Source: Octopus sinensis (lineage: Eukaryota). Taken from it: 64,000 nucleotides of DNA. Below, in pieces: positions 41,650 to 54,800 of the stretch (its first letter is position 1; every line of letters starts with the position of its first letter). Location of the stretch: the NCBI RefSeq assembly GCF_006345805.1, contig NC_043000.1, forward strand, positions 40,238,001-40,302,000. Direction: 5' to 3'. The notes under the pieces were generated by a model. The model made no database searches. It was not told the DNA's origin and saw only the letters and a program-made list of their open reading frames with translations. The translations under genes and the position numbers were made by a program.

Positions 41650-42015
41650 CACCACCGCCACCACCATCATACTCCTCTTCCTCCCCCTCCTCACCTCCCC
41701 CTCTCTCCCCTCCTCCTCCTCCTCCTCCTCCTCTTCCATATCATCATCATCATCATCATCATTATCATCATCATCATCACCACCATCATCATCGTATCTC
41801 TCGTCATCATTGCTATCCTCCCCTTCTTCCTCCTCTTCTCCTTCTTCTTCCCCTTCGTCAGTATCATCCTCATCATCATCATCGTCGTCATCATCATCGT
41901 CGTCATTGTCTCACCACCACCACCATCACCGCAATAATCGCCAGTTTTCATGATAATCATGACATTATCATCGTCCTCAACATCGTTATCGTCCTCCTCC
42001 TCTTCCTCCGTCATT
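41650..42015. repeat. Mosaic trinucleotide low-complexity tract (TCC/ATC/ACC)
   Basis: Direct observation. Confidence 0.9.
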
Positions 42016-42359
42016 TGACGTGCTATTATTTCATCTTTACTATACCAGCCTTGGCTTCCACATCAGAGTAGTTATCTACACTCTACCACGTCTGTACAAC
42101 CCCTGATTATTATATAACCCCTAATATATCCCTACTTAAGAATGGCTTTTCTTCTACACTTCAAAACATCCATACGTTTCATTTACTCAACACGTAGTTG
42201 GTGTTATTTACTTAACGTAAATTCTTTTACGTTAATTAAAGTTTTTAAGAAAATATGACTTTACAATATCACATTTCCTTTTCTAGGGGAATCCAGTAAA
42301 GACAATGATATGTCAAACCCTAATGTGTAACCTGGTTTCACTTCTCAGATATACACATT

Positions 42360-42600
42360 TACCGTAAATCTTCGAGTATAGTCCGCTCTTGAGAATAATA
42401 TGCAAGGGATTTTTAGGGGACTGTACCTTTGAAAAACCTAAACCTTGTGTATAATATGCACTTTTCTCTAACTTGAGTCATGCGTAATTAAGCAAGCAGC
42501 ACCTAGTCGAACAAACACTAATGGTGATGTTCTTAACTGTTATATGGGAATGCAAATATATTTGCAAATTGTTTTTTACATGTTATTCTGAGTTCTGAAA
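42360..42600. mobile_element. Pogo/Tigger-like DNA transposon terminus
   Basis: TA|CCGTAAATCTTCGAGTATAGTCCGC with a subterminal repeat TATAATATGCA. Confidence 0.5.
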
Positions 42601-42800
42601 ACTGTGTGACCCTTCTGTCCGGCCTTCGCCATGATAGATCGCTAACCACTACACATTCTTTATTTTCTTTCCGTGTTCCTTTCTATGGAAGAGCGTAGGC
42701 TCGAATCGTTAAAGACTTTTTCACTTCCCGAGCGTTATACTAATACATCTATTTGTTGTCTACACCACCTGTCTTCGTTTTTTTTGGGAATTCTCCGAAT
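42600..42800 (+). mobile_element. Copy of the 14183-14360 repeat with a degraded hammerhead (42679-42714)
   Basis: CCGTGTTCCTTTCT..GAAGAGCGTAGGCTCGAA..GAGCG..CTAATAC shared. Confidence 0.65.
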
Positions 42801-42834
42801 ATATATATGTATATATATATATATAGATATATAT

Positions 42835-42881
<47 letters not shown>

Positions 42882-42882
<1 letters not shown>

Positions 42883-43139
42883 ATACTCTTTTACTGTTTC
42901 AGTCATTTGACTGTGGCCATGCTGGAGCATCGCCTTTAGTCGAGCATATCGAGCCCAGGACTTATTCTGTGTAAGCCTAGACTTATTCTATCGGCATCTT
43001 TTGTGGAACCGCTAGGTTACGGGGACGTAAACACACAAGCATCGGTTGTCAAGCGATGTTGGGGGGGGGGGGCAAACACAAACTCACAAACATGCACACA
43101 CACGCACGCACACACACACACACACACACGCACACACAC

Positions 43140-43220
<81 letters not shown>

Positions 43221-43378
43221 ATATGCATATATACCACGGGCTTCTTCAGTTTCTGTCTACCAAATCCACTCACAAGGTTTTGGTCGGCCCGAGGCTATAG
43301 TAGACGACACTTGCCCAAGGTGTCACGCAGTGGGACTGAACCCGGAACCATGTGGCTGGTAAGCAAGCTACATATCAC
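42882..43378 (-). mobile_element. SINE family A with expanded internal microsatellite; a second partial head follows (43395-43515)
   Basis: Aligns with 22914-23337. Confidence 0.88.
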
Positions 43379-44072
43379 ACACATCCACTCCTTTTCACAA
43401 TTTCCGCCAGCCGCATTCACTCAGAAGGCATGGCTGGACTCCAGGGCTACAGTAAAAAAAAAAACTTGCCCAAGGTGCCTCGCAGTTGGACTGAATCCAA
43501 AAGTGAATGGTTCCAAAACGAGTTTAAAGATTTATACCAGTTTTAGCAGGATTAATATATACACATTCAGTTGCACTTTCTTTATAAAACATCTTCTACA
43601 CACGTACATGTACACTAATGCACGTGCGCCCGTAGAAACGCCCATTTACGCACGTAGGCCCCAACAAGTAAACATAAACATAGATACATAAACTGCACAC
43701 GTATGTACACATAGTCGACAGATATACAAATTTGTTCAAGTGAACAAATCTGCTGACATATTCGTACAAAAACATTCGCGCACAAACACATATATTGAAA
43801 ACAAATTTTCATATACATATACTAACTCATGTATATAATTACAAATACATTATAATCAAAAATACCGGCCAAAGAAAAAAAGAATGAAACTGGTGTTTCC
43901 AATTAAAACTTCGAAATATACATGCACACACATATATACATATATGCACGTAGAAATATGCTTACGTTCATACATATATAGAGAAACAAACAGTCGTACA
44001 TACATACGTATTTACAAAAATATTTACAAATGTACGTACGTGTGTGTGTGTGTGTGCGTAAGTATATATATA

Positions 44073-44135
<63 letters not shown>

Positions 44136-44172
44136 TATATATATATATATATATATATATGTAATATATATA

Positions 44173-44208
<36 letters not shown>

Positions 44209-45616
44209 TATATGCATGCATAAATGCATATATGTATATTATACATACATATGAATATGTATATGCATGTATGTATGTATGTATGTATGTATGTATGTAT
44301 GTGTGTATCTAAACATTTCATTTTTGCATTCGGTTTGGAAGATTCTCGGTATTATGATATATATATATATATATATATATATCTATATATATATATGTAT
44401 GTGTGTGTGTATGCGCGCGTGTATATATATATACATATCTACGCGCGCATACACACACACATACACACAAACGTACTTACGCGTTTATAAATATAAACAT
44501 ATGAGAATGTGTAAATTGTGTGTGTGAGCGTTTTTTCAAATGGAATTCTTGTCGGATCTGCTCTGCTCTTCCCTTACATCTCGCACTATTCTTTGATGGT
44601 TTTCCTTACTTTTCCAAGAAGGAGTTTCTATCTCGCATTACAAAATGCTGTTGGGCAGAGAATCTTTAGAAAACATACTTTAAGGGTGTTTCTATTGACA
44701 TTGATGGCAGCCATAAATAAATAAACATTGAAAGTTCCTTTTTAAAAATAAAATCCTTTTAAAGAAGAAATGGTAGCAGTAATTATGATAGACGTTGTTG
44801 ATTGTGGTGGTGGAGGTGGTGGTGGTGGTGGTAGTGGTGGTGGTGGCGGTGGTGGTGGTTGTGGTGGTGATGGTGGTGGTGGTGGTGGTGGTGAGAGTAA
44901 TTGGATGCAAGGATGACTGTTTGCGGATGGATGGCCATGGGTGGTAACTGCTTGTTGGTGTCGGTGTTGAAAATAACAGTGGCGAAGGTGTTGTTAGTGC
45001 TGTTGTTAGTAATGGTGGTGGTAGTAGCTACGAGAGTAAATGGCGGTGGTGGCGGCTGCGGTGGTTGTGGTAGGGGTGTTCAGGGTAATTGGTTGCGGAT
45101 GTTTATGATGCTTTTTTTTCAGATATGTTTACTATTACTTAGATAACTTGAAGAAATTTTATATATATATAATAATTTTATATTTATAACACACATATAT
45201 AAACGTAATCGCTTACTTATTTACTTCTTTCAGCCATTGGAATGCCGTTACGCAGGGGTGGAGCAGTTATATATACATACGCATCCTTTTCCAAGTATAT
45301 ATATATATATTATATATCTATATATATATATATATATTACATGTGTGTGTGTATATGCATATATACATGAATGTATGCGTGTATGTATAATGTGAATACA
45401 TATATATGTATATACTGTTATATATATATATAATATATATAGATATATATATACTAAAGAAAAAAAGACCAGTCAATATATATACATATATATATATATT
45501 ATATATAATATATATATAGATATATATATATATATATATAGATGTATATATATAATACGTATTTATATATACGTGTATATATTGATATATATATATCGTA
45601 TTTTATATATATATAC

Positions 45617-45684
<68 letters not shown>

Positions 45685-45699
45685 TATACACATATATAT

Positions 45700-46200
45700 A
45701 AGTGTTGGGTATGTTCCTAGTAGTACGCGCCGATAAAGAACGTTCACTGCCTATGGCTATCTCACGTCATCCACGGTAATTATATGGCTGTCGTTGGATC
45801 AACCCCAGGAATTCTTCAGAGTACGTTGACTATAAAATAAATGATAGAGATGCAAAATGGAATATAGGAGAAAACTTATTCCTCATGAAGATCGTTCCAA
45901 TACATCCTATGTCGATCCCTCAGAGGATACAATAAATGTTGGTGCATTCCTCGGTCCAAAAGCGTCTCGTCATTAACAACATACATGCTGTATTAAACCT
46001 GAGTGAAACAGTGTTCATTTAACGCGATACAGCTTATTACATCAGCCCACGAGATGCTTCTGCACGCATGATGCACAACAACTAGTGGTATAATTTTAGC
46101 TTTCCCCGCCCTCGAGGGATAGATAGAGGTTGTGTCGAAACGATCGTTGTGAGCAATAAAGTTTTCCGTTTATTCCATTTTCCGTCTCTATCATTTGTTT
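45700..46200 (+). mobile_element. TA-embedded 500-bp cassette ending in a degenerate long-stem-II hammerhead (46061-46154)
   Basis: CACAAC/GTTGTG stem, GAAA-CGATCG-TT palindromic stem III, then AATAAA; the CUGANGA box is decayed. Confidence 0.45.
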
Positions 46201-46230
46201 GATATATATATACGTGGTTTGTATATATGA

Positions 46231-46261
<31 letters not shown>

Positions 46262-46280
46262 ATATATATATATATATATA

Positions 46281-46337
<57 letters not shown>

Positions 46338-46397
46338 GCATACATACATACATTTGTGTATATACGATACGCGTATGTACCTGTCTCTCTCCCACAG

Positions 46398-46425
46398 AAT
46401 TTCTTCAAACACAGCAGCCAGACAG
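46398..46425 (+). other. Candidate 28-nt micro-exon
   Basis: Acceptor TCTCTCTCCCACAG| and donor CAG|GTGAGC, both near-consensus. Confidence 0.35.
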
Positions 46426-47332
46426 GTGAGCATGTGTAGCATTTAATATTTTAAGTAGATTTATGCTCCATTCCGATTGCATGCGTGAAGTCAAAGTATG
46501 TGGTATCCTTTGTTCATTACATGCGTGTGAGAGTGTGTGTGCGCACGAGCGCGTGTATGTATGCATGTATGTGTGTGTGTATATATATACATATAGACAT
46601 GCATATATACATATACTTACATAGATTCATACATATATTTATATATATAGTCATGGATCACATTGTTAACGCCCAATTTTCTTTTAAGAAATGAAATAAA
46701 TGTTTGAAAGAATAATTTAGAACGCATTCAAATATTTTCTTTGTAAACTAACAATGCACACCTTTGAATACCAAATCAAAATCTCAAAATTTAACATGGC
46801 TGTTCATGCATATCCACACCGAAGTTTTCGTCAAACTTTCTATTCTAGATTAAAATTCACGATACAACTATATAATTTAATATTGACAATATTGGATGTT
46901 TTTTTAACGATTTTTTAAAATTATGAAAAGCAATTTTTTCATGAATACAGTTACAGATACACACACACGCTCATAGATACGCACACACACACATACATAC
47001 GCACACGGATATACACACCTGCATTTACATATATACATAAATACGCATATATGTATATACATTGAAAACCACCTACAGACATACCCACACCACATATACT
47101 GTATAGGTAGTTAGGGTAAAAGTCAGCTGTTCCCTCTTGAAGCACAACTGCTTATTCTATTATAACAATCGAATAGGTGGCCTCGGTTGCTGATGTATAT
47201 TAGTTCAAAATTCATATTGGACTTGAGAATTAAGAACAATTTATTTGCAGAGATATTGTATAACTAAAAAGGAAATTGGAAATTTTTTGGCACTATTTAT
47301 TTATCATTAGACATCTTTCATTCGCTAACAGG

Positions 47333-47490
47333 AATTATAAACTTTTACATGTTAAATAGACATGTAAGAAAATTCCTATTAGAAATTCTTCAGTTAAAAC
47401 TGAAAAATAATTTTGTATTATATATTTCTAAGAGAATTTCTAATAAGAAATTCCTTACATATCTATCTAACATGTAAAAATTTGTAATTA
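47333..47490. repeat. Imperfect inverted repeat (about 55-bp arms), MITE or hairpin-like
   Basis: TTACATGTTAAATAGACATGTAAGAAAATTCCTATTAGAAATTCT versus AGAATTTCTAATAAGAAATTCCTTACATATCTATCTAACATGTAA. Confidence 0.75.
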
Positions 47491-47596
47491 CTATTAGGAA
47501 ATGAAACACGTGTAATGGTGAATAGATAATATAAAAAATATTTTCAATTTCCTGTTTTGTTACACACACACAACAAACACTTTGTTTTATTGTTTT

Positions 47597-47895
47597 ATTT
47601 GTTTCAATCATTTGACTACGGGCACGCTGGGGCACCTCCTTTCAAAGGCTTTTTTTAGTCGAAGAAATTGACCCCAAGAGTTTCCTTTGTAAGCCTAGTA
47701 CTTATTCCATCGGTCTTTTTTTTTTTACGGGGATGTAAACAACCCAACATCGGTTGGCAAACACAAAGACGCACACATAAATACATACATGCACACACAT
47801 ATATACATAGATACATTCGAGGGGCATCTTTAAGTTTCCGTCCACCAAATCCATTTACAAGACTCTGGGCGGCCCGAGGCTATAGTAGAAGACTC
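47597..47895 (-). mobile_element. SINE family A, head-truncated
   Basis: Aligns with the other family-A copies. Confidence 0.8.
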
Positions 47896-48963
47896 TTGTT
47901 CAAGAAACATACAAATACGCATATTCATATCCATACACACACAGATATATGTATTTCAGTTACTGTCTCTCTGACATATATACACAAATGAGAGAAAGAG
48001 AAAATGGAATTCACGACATTATATATTAATCACAGCAATTGTGTCGACCCATCTTGCATCGGTCCCCCGTGGGTGAGATACTGTACACATGGATGTGGTG
48101 CTTCCTTCGGGTGCAGAGAGTTTCGTAATGTGACTTTTCAAAAGGTACCTCACTCAATACACTTACTTTCGCTTGATTCTATTCTAATATATGCCTGTAG
48201 ATGATAGCATACGAATTTCGTGGTTTTGAATGATATGCCATTTGTTATATACTCAACAGGCACTGAGGAATTCCTGAGGTAGATTCAGTGGCATTATATC
48301 CATACTGTTGATGAAATTAGGTAGTCGTCGATAGTGAAAGCGCTTTGGTTGACATACTGCTAGGTAGTACACACACATACACACACATACATAAATATTC
48401 ATGTAATATAATGAAAATGGAGAGTGTAAACAGAAAAAATGAATTTATTTATATAATAGTTAATTTCATGTCGTCTACGCACGTTTCAATTCCTCGCCTT
48501 CATTCATACATTACAATTAAAATTGTATTATGAATTTAAAAGGTAAAGATCTCTTCAGGGCAAAATTGACATATATTCATTTACCGCCTAAAGGATGGGG
48601 AGTTCTTTACTGACTTTTCTTAGAGGCTGGCTGCCACTCGTATACCTATTCACTTGTCAAAAAATAAGATACATATATTTGTAAGTATCCAAATTAATAT
48701 ATTTATTTAATTTCTACTTATTTGAGAGAATTTCAATTTTAATATTTAGATGTATTAGATTTATATGTTGATAGTTTGGGCTATTATATATATTAAGTTA
48801 AACTAATTTTTATACATTTTAATGAAGGTACGATTCATTATGTATCACATGCATGGAGTTATATTTTTTCCAAATGGTGAGAGTACATTTCATTTTAAGT
48901 TTTATTCCTATGTTTATTTTAATTTTATCATTCATGGAATTTTTATTTAAATTAATTTATTAA

Positions 48964-49038
<75 letters not shown>

Positions 49039-49054
49039 TATTATATATATATCT

Positions 49055-49380
49055 TTTTCTTAGGAATATAACAAGCTCTCTATCCCTCATTTATTTAATA
49101 GAATTGTTAATCTATTTATTTAGATACATCAGATGATAGTAAGACTTTCAATTAGTGGACAACAAAATCTGCTTTCCCTCTTATTGTTTATTAATTTGTG
49201 CTTGAATGTAATGATCTGGAAAAATTCCTCTACGCAAAAGTCACCTCTTTCTGCCAATGCTATAAGATTTTGCCCAGCTAATTACTTCCCACTTTAGCAT
49301 ATAGTCCTTATTTTTGTCTTTAATTTCCCAAATTAATCTACTTAAACTAGTGTTAGCTTCTTTTCTCTTATTTCTAAAAG
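49055..49380 (-). mobile_element. PLE GIY-YIG C-terminal fragment
   Basis: FRNKRKEANTSLSRLIWEIKDKNKDYMLKWEVIS..DFCVEEFFQII; similar to the 1922-2827 protein. Confidence 0.8.
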
Positions 49381-49810
49381 TTGCAAGCCCAATGCAGAAG
49401 GTTTAATGTAGTATACAAAAGCACGGTCCACCACGTATTGCATAATTCAACTAACCACTGTTTCGGATCTACTATTAATTTTAAAATGAGATATTCTGCA
49501 CATATAAACTCATTTAAGTATGAAGAGCGTAGCAAATCTACCTCCCTAGCCAATCACATACGCCATCTAATAATTAGAAAAATATCATATAGGATATGCT
49601 GGGCCATGGATTCCGGGATCCCATACCATAGCCAGTGATACACTTGTGGATTATGCCTAAAAGAAGCCCTCGAAATATTAATACGCCGCAATAACTAAAC
49701 AAACAACACGAAGCTTTTTCTACATGCTGGCATAGATTCTATCGCCCCTGTAAATTTTTCCATCGGTCCAAATGCAAACAAAATCAACACGCATAACACA
49801 TCCATCAACA
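49381..49810 (+). mobile_element. PLE GIY-YIG fragment of a different family
   Basis: CRRFNVVYKSTV..FGSTINFKMRYSAHINSFKYEERSKSTSLANHI..W..PY..CGLCLKE. Confidence 0.8.
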
Positions 49811-49817
49811 GATATAT

Positions 49818-49861
<44 letters not shown>

Positions 49862-49921
49862 TATATCTATATATATATATATATATATACAAGAAAAAAG
49901 CAACAAGAATGGATTAGTTGT

Positions 49922-50008
49922 TCAGTACAATTGTTTCATACGAAGAACAGCTTTATTAAAAGCTCCAAATATTGCAGCAAATATAAGTGTCCCGTATTCA
50001 TCAGCCAA
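49922..50008 (-). ncRNA. Type I hammerhead ribozyme, canonical core, long branched stem II
   Basis: TTGG-CTGATGA-ATACGGGAC...GTTCTTCGTAT-GAAA-CAATTG-TA-CTGA; internal AGCTTT/AAAGCT hairpin. Confidence 0.78.
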
Positions 50009-50427
50009 AACACATATGAGTTTTCCAAACATCCTAGGGGGTGAGGCTACACTCATGAAGTATCGAAGAGAGTTATATAAACAGCAAAGTTAGATTGTAA
50101 GCAGACTCCAAAAGGTCTCTAATGATGCACAGTTTTATAAAAGGTTTTTTAAAAAGTTTGTTAGCTTCACAGAAAAGGTAAATCCATCCATAATAATGCC
50201 GGCGTAATTTCCGGAGATATGAGGAGATATTTCCTACTCAGAGACGATGAATTTATCCATAATAATGTAGATGTAATTTCCTGATATATGAGAAGATGCT
50301 GATCACACTTCTGTTCATTTCACAAAACTACTATGTTGAAAGAAGAGATTGTCTATATTGGCTAAAAGGAGTCAGTGAAGCAGAAACTAACCAAATGTAT
50401 GTATGTATGTATGTATGTATGTATGTA

Positions 50428-50640
50428 TACAAATATTCTATAATTATAAACATAATTATAATTAGGGGTCAGCTAATTGCTTCACCGCATACCGAATTTA
50501 GAAATAGGAGTTAAAAATTCCTTTTCTACTTACGGTAGTAGAAAAGGAATCTTTAACTCCTATTTCTAAATTCGGTATGTGGTGAAGCAACTAGCTCACT
50601 CCTAATTAAAATTATGCTTATAATTATAGAATATTTGTAT
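50428..50640. repeat. Near-perfect palindrome, arms of about 100 bp
   Basis: ..GAATTTAGAAATAGGAGTTAAAAATTCCTTTTCTACT-TACGGT-AGTAGAAAAGGAATCTTTAACTCCTATTTCTAAATTC.. Confidence 0.9.
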
Positions 50641-50792
50641 AATTTTACCTACAAAGGTTATTTTAACGTACCGATGTACTTGGTAAAATTATTAATTAAT
50701 TGATTGATTAATTAATTAGTTAAATTAATTAATTTTACCCTTTTATTATTAATTTTATATATTTATATATATGTATATGCATATATGTATGC

Positions 50793-50826
<34 letters not shown>

Positions 50827-50828
<2 letters not shown>

Positions 50829-51060
50829 GCGCAGGAGTGGTCGTGTGGTAAGTAGCTTGCTTACCAACCACATGGTTCCGGATTCAGTCTCACTGTGTGG
50901 TACCTTGGGCAAGTGTCTTCTACTATAGCCTCGGGCCGACCAAAGCCTTGTGAATGGATTTAGTAGACGGAAACTGAAAGAAGCCTGTCGTATATATTTA
51001 TGCATGTGTGTGTGTGTGTCTGTGTGTATGTCTGTGTTTGCCCCCCAACATCTCTTGACA
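50827..51060 (+). mobile_element. SINE family A, 5' half
   Basis: AGGCGCAGGAGTGGTCGTGTGGTAAG..GGATTCAGTC..CCTTGGGCAAGTGTCTTC. Confidence 0.85.
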
Positions 51061-51265
51061 TATCTCTATCATTACCTTTACTTTTACTTTATTTTTTATT
51101 TTCATTCTTATTTTTAACCTTTTACACCTATCTTATTTTTATTCCTTCCCCCTCTCTCGCTTTTTCTCTTTCACCTTACCCCAATTAAATTATTCTAAAT
51201 GACTTGAGTTACTCACTCTGCCTTGGTTTTGCTTTTTCCTCTAATATAATATAATATAATATAAT

Positions 51266-51321
<56 letters not shown>

Positions 51322-51384
51322 GTTGCCAGCATGGCCACACACACACATACACATATATATATACGTATGTATATCCATATATGA

Positions 51385-51500
51385 CGTGTTTTTTTTTCAG
51401 TTTCTATCCACCAAATCAACTTACAAGGCTTTGGTGCGTCCAGATCTATAGTAGAAGACACTTGACAAAGGTGCCACACAGTGGGACTGAACACCGAACA
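51385..51500 (-). mobile_element. SINE family A fragment
   Basis: TAGTAGAAGACACTTG..AAGGTGCCACACAGTGGGACTGAA. Confidence 0.7.
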
Positions 51501-51550
51501 CTGTGACACGAAGTAATATACCTGTGCTTATTTGATTACATGTTTTCTGA

Positions 51551-53125
51551 TATGCAGGTGGGCTAAAAAGTTTATAGGCTAAATAAGAAGAAGTGATGCT
51601 AGAGATATGAAATCTTCCATGCATTAATTTCACCTCATCTATTAATAATTGCATCGTTTTTCCTAGGTAAATTGACATCTTACTTTTCCACTAAGATTTC
51701 AAAAGTAATTAGTTATGACAAAATGCGGCATCGTGATGTTAACAAGCACGTACAGAAAAAGGGTTTAGCCCCGAAGAATATTGATGCTAATATGATTACT
51801 ACTTTAGGGCGGCGAGCTGGCAGAATCGTTAGCACGTCGGGCGAAATGCTTAGCGGTATTTCGTCTGCCGCTACGTTGTGAGTTCAAATTCCGCCGAGGT
51901 CGACTTTGCCTTTAATCCTTTCGGTGTCGCACTGAGGTCGATATAATCAACTTAATCCGTTTGTCTGTCCTTGTTTGTCCTCTCTGTGTTTAGCCCCTTG
52001 TGGGTAGTAAAGAAATAGGTATTTCGTCTGCCGTTACGTTCTGAGTTCAAATTCCTCCGAGGTCCACTTTGCCTTTCATCTTGTCGTGGCCGATTAAATA
52101 AGTACCAGTTACACATTGGGGTTGATGCAATCGACTTAATCCCTTTGTCTGTCTTTGTTTGTCCCTTCTATGTTTAGCCCCCTGTGGGCAATAAAGAAAT
52201 AAATATGGTTACTACTTTAGAAGATGACGCTCCAGCTTTATCAACAGTTCGAAAGTGAGCAATTGAATTTAGGAGGGATGGAAGAGTCTTGAAGATGATC
52301 CAAGCTCTGGATGTTCTGCAACTGCCATCACAGAGAAAAAGATTATGTTCACCACATGGTGATGGATGACAAACGATTGACTTTAAATCAAATAACGAAT
52401 GTTATTAGAGTATCCCGTGAAAGACTGAAAATATTCTGCACAATGAACTTGGCAAGATGAAAGGTTCTGCACTTTGTGTGCCACGTCTTTGACACCTGAT
52501 CCAAAAATCACTCATGTCATTGGAAAATCTGACAATATTTGAGATAGGTCATGCTGGTTTCCTTGAATGTTTCCTTAGTCAGGATGAGTGTCGGCTTCAT
52601 CACTTTGAGTTAGAGACAAAGAGGTAATCCATGCGGTGGAAACCTACTTTCACCCCTGCTCCAAAGAAGGCCAAGGTCGTTTCATCTGCAGAGAAGTTTG
52701 ATTATTTTCAGAAGAGCCAATGACGAGTACTATGCCAACTTGCTGAGGCAGCTACGAAAAGCTATCCATACCAAATGCCCAGGAAACCTCACGACAGGGG
52801 TCTTGTTTCATCAGGACAATGGTACAGTACATAAGCTCTTGCTTTCACTAGCTGCTGGCATGACTGGTTTTGATCTGGTTGATCACCATCCATATTCTCC
52901 CTGATTTAGCTCCATATAACTATCACCTGTTCCCCAGCATAAAAAAACCCAGCATCGCAGCGACGATGACGTCATATCTGCTGTTAATGACATTTTTAAC
53001 AAACAGGATAAAAGCTTCTTCACCAATGAGATACAAGTATTGCAGTACTGATGGAAGAAGTGTGTGAACTGCAAGTGGAACTATGTTGAAATATAAATCT
53101 TATTTGCTCAAATTCTTCGTCAGCC

Positions 53126-53127
<2 letters not shown>
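51551..53127 (+). mobile_element. Mariner element, degenerate, with nested SINE
   Basis: TIR-like start; DDAPALSTV, SLEDDPSSG, QDECRLHHF, VLFHQDN, HHPYSP/DLAP, WKKCV. Confidence 0.88.
51808..52201 (+). mobile_element. SINE family B, 1.8-mer, with 19-bp TSD
   Basis: TSD AATATGATTACTACTTTAG (51789-51807) / AATATGGTTACTACTTTAG (52202-52220); the second unit restarts at GGTATTTCGTCTG near 52018. Confidence 0.9.
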
Positions 53128-53202
<75 letters not shown>

Positions 53203-53243
53203 TATATATATATATATATATACATACATATATATATATATAC

Positions 53244-53299
<56 letters not shown>

Positions 53300-53365
53300 C
53301 AGAGACAGAGAAATACACATACACACACAACACACATGTATACACACATATATATATAAACATGA

Positions 53366-53414
<49 letters not shown>

Positions 53415-53970
53415 TGCATATGTATATATGCATATATATGTATATTGTGTATACATTTGTATATATGCGTATGCATGCATATAGACATGCGTATATAAAT
53501 ACACACATAAACATATATACATGTTTGTAAGCGTATTCACACTCACATATATAGACATACACATACATATTTGCGTACACATAATATATACATATATATA
53601 AATGCACACATACGATTTACGCACGCATATGCATGTAAATACAGTGACATCATTATATAGTTACGTACATATTGGGCAGAGACAAGGGGTGAGAGAGAGA
53701 GGTAGGGTGAGTGAAAGAGGGAAAGAGAAGAGGGAAAGAGAAAGAGAGAGAGAGAGGGGGGAGGGAGAGTCACATGAGAGAGAGAGAGAGGGAGGGAGAG
53801 TCACACATACAAACATCGACACCTATTTAGTCCATTGTCACATGAGCGTTGGAAATTTGATTTTCAAGTCGTACTAGGACTTGTTTGACTGGTTGACAAT
53901 CACATGACCAACATTAACGACTACAACTGTACCGCAAAAGCCAACAATAAAGATATTACTACTACTGCTG

Positions 53971-54097
<127 letters not shown>

Positions 54098-54127
54098 TAA
54101 TAATAATAAAAATAATAATAATAATCC

Positions 54128-54304
54128 TTTATACTGGAAGCTCAAGGCCTCAAATTTGGGGGAAGGGATTAAGTCGAGTGCGTAACTAGTACTTATTTCA
54201 TCGGCCCCGAAAGGATGAAAGGTTAAGTCGACCTCAGCAGAATTTGAACTCAGAACGTAGCGACGAACGAAATACCGCTAAGCATTTCGTCCAGCGCGCC
54301 GCCT
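54128..54304 (-). mobile_element. SINE family B between (TAA)n arrays
   Basis: CCCCGAAAGGATGAAAGG..GAATTTGAACTCAGAACG. Confidence 0.8.
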
Positions 54305-54364
54305 TAATAATAACAACACCGTCTTAATAATAATAACAACAACAAGAACAACAACAACAATAAC

Positions 54365-54466
<102 letters not shown>

Positions 54467-54488
54467 AATAATAATAATAATAATAATG

Positions 54489-54528
<40 letters not shown>

Positions 54529-54544
54529 TATTAATATTGCTTTA

Positions 54545-54800
54545 CTTCTCAAAACGTTCAGTCTAGTTTGTTCTGATAGATTCTGTGAGAGCAGACAGCA
54601 GCCTGTTGTCAGAGGTCTCGCAATTATCATGGGAAGCATTCAACATCCTAGTACCAATCTCAAAATGCTTGCTTTCCCCGGCAGAGCAGTTTTTTGGGCT
54701 TGCTCTGCTCTCATGTCAATTACGATTTCTTTGACATATTTCTTGAACTCGGTTGCTAGTGCTCCGAGTGGCCCTACAACTACTGGAGTGAAAGACACTC
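54545..54800 (-). mobile_element. R4/Dong 3' end fragment
   Basis: PVVVGPLGAL..KYVKEI..QKTALPGKASILRLVL*. Confidence 0.8.

Noticed and set aside
48167-48304. Minus-strand exon ending at GTAAGT
   Set aside because: The best acceptor gives stops in all frames; alternative acceptors are arbitrary
50827-50900. tRNA gene
   Set aside because: A/B boxes belong to a multi-copy SINE head that continues into SINE body; no full cloverleaf
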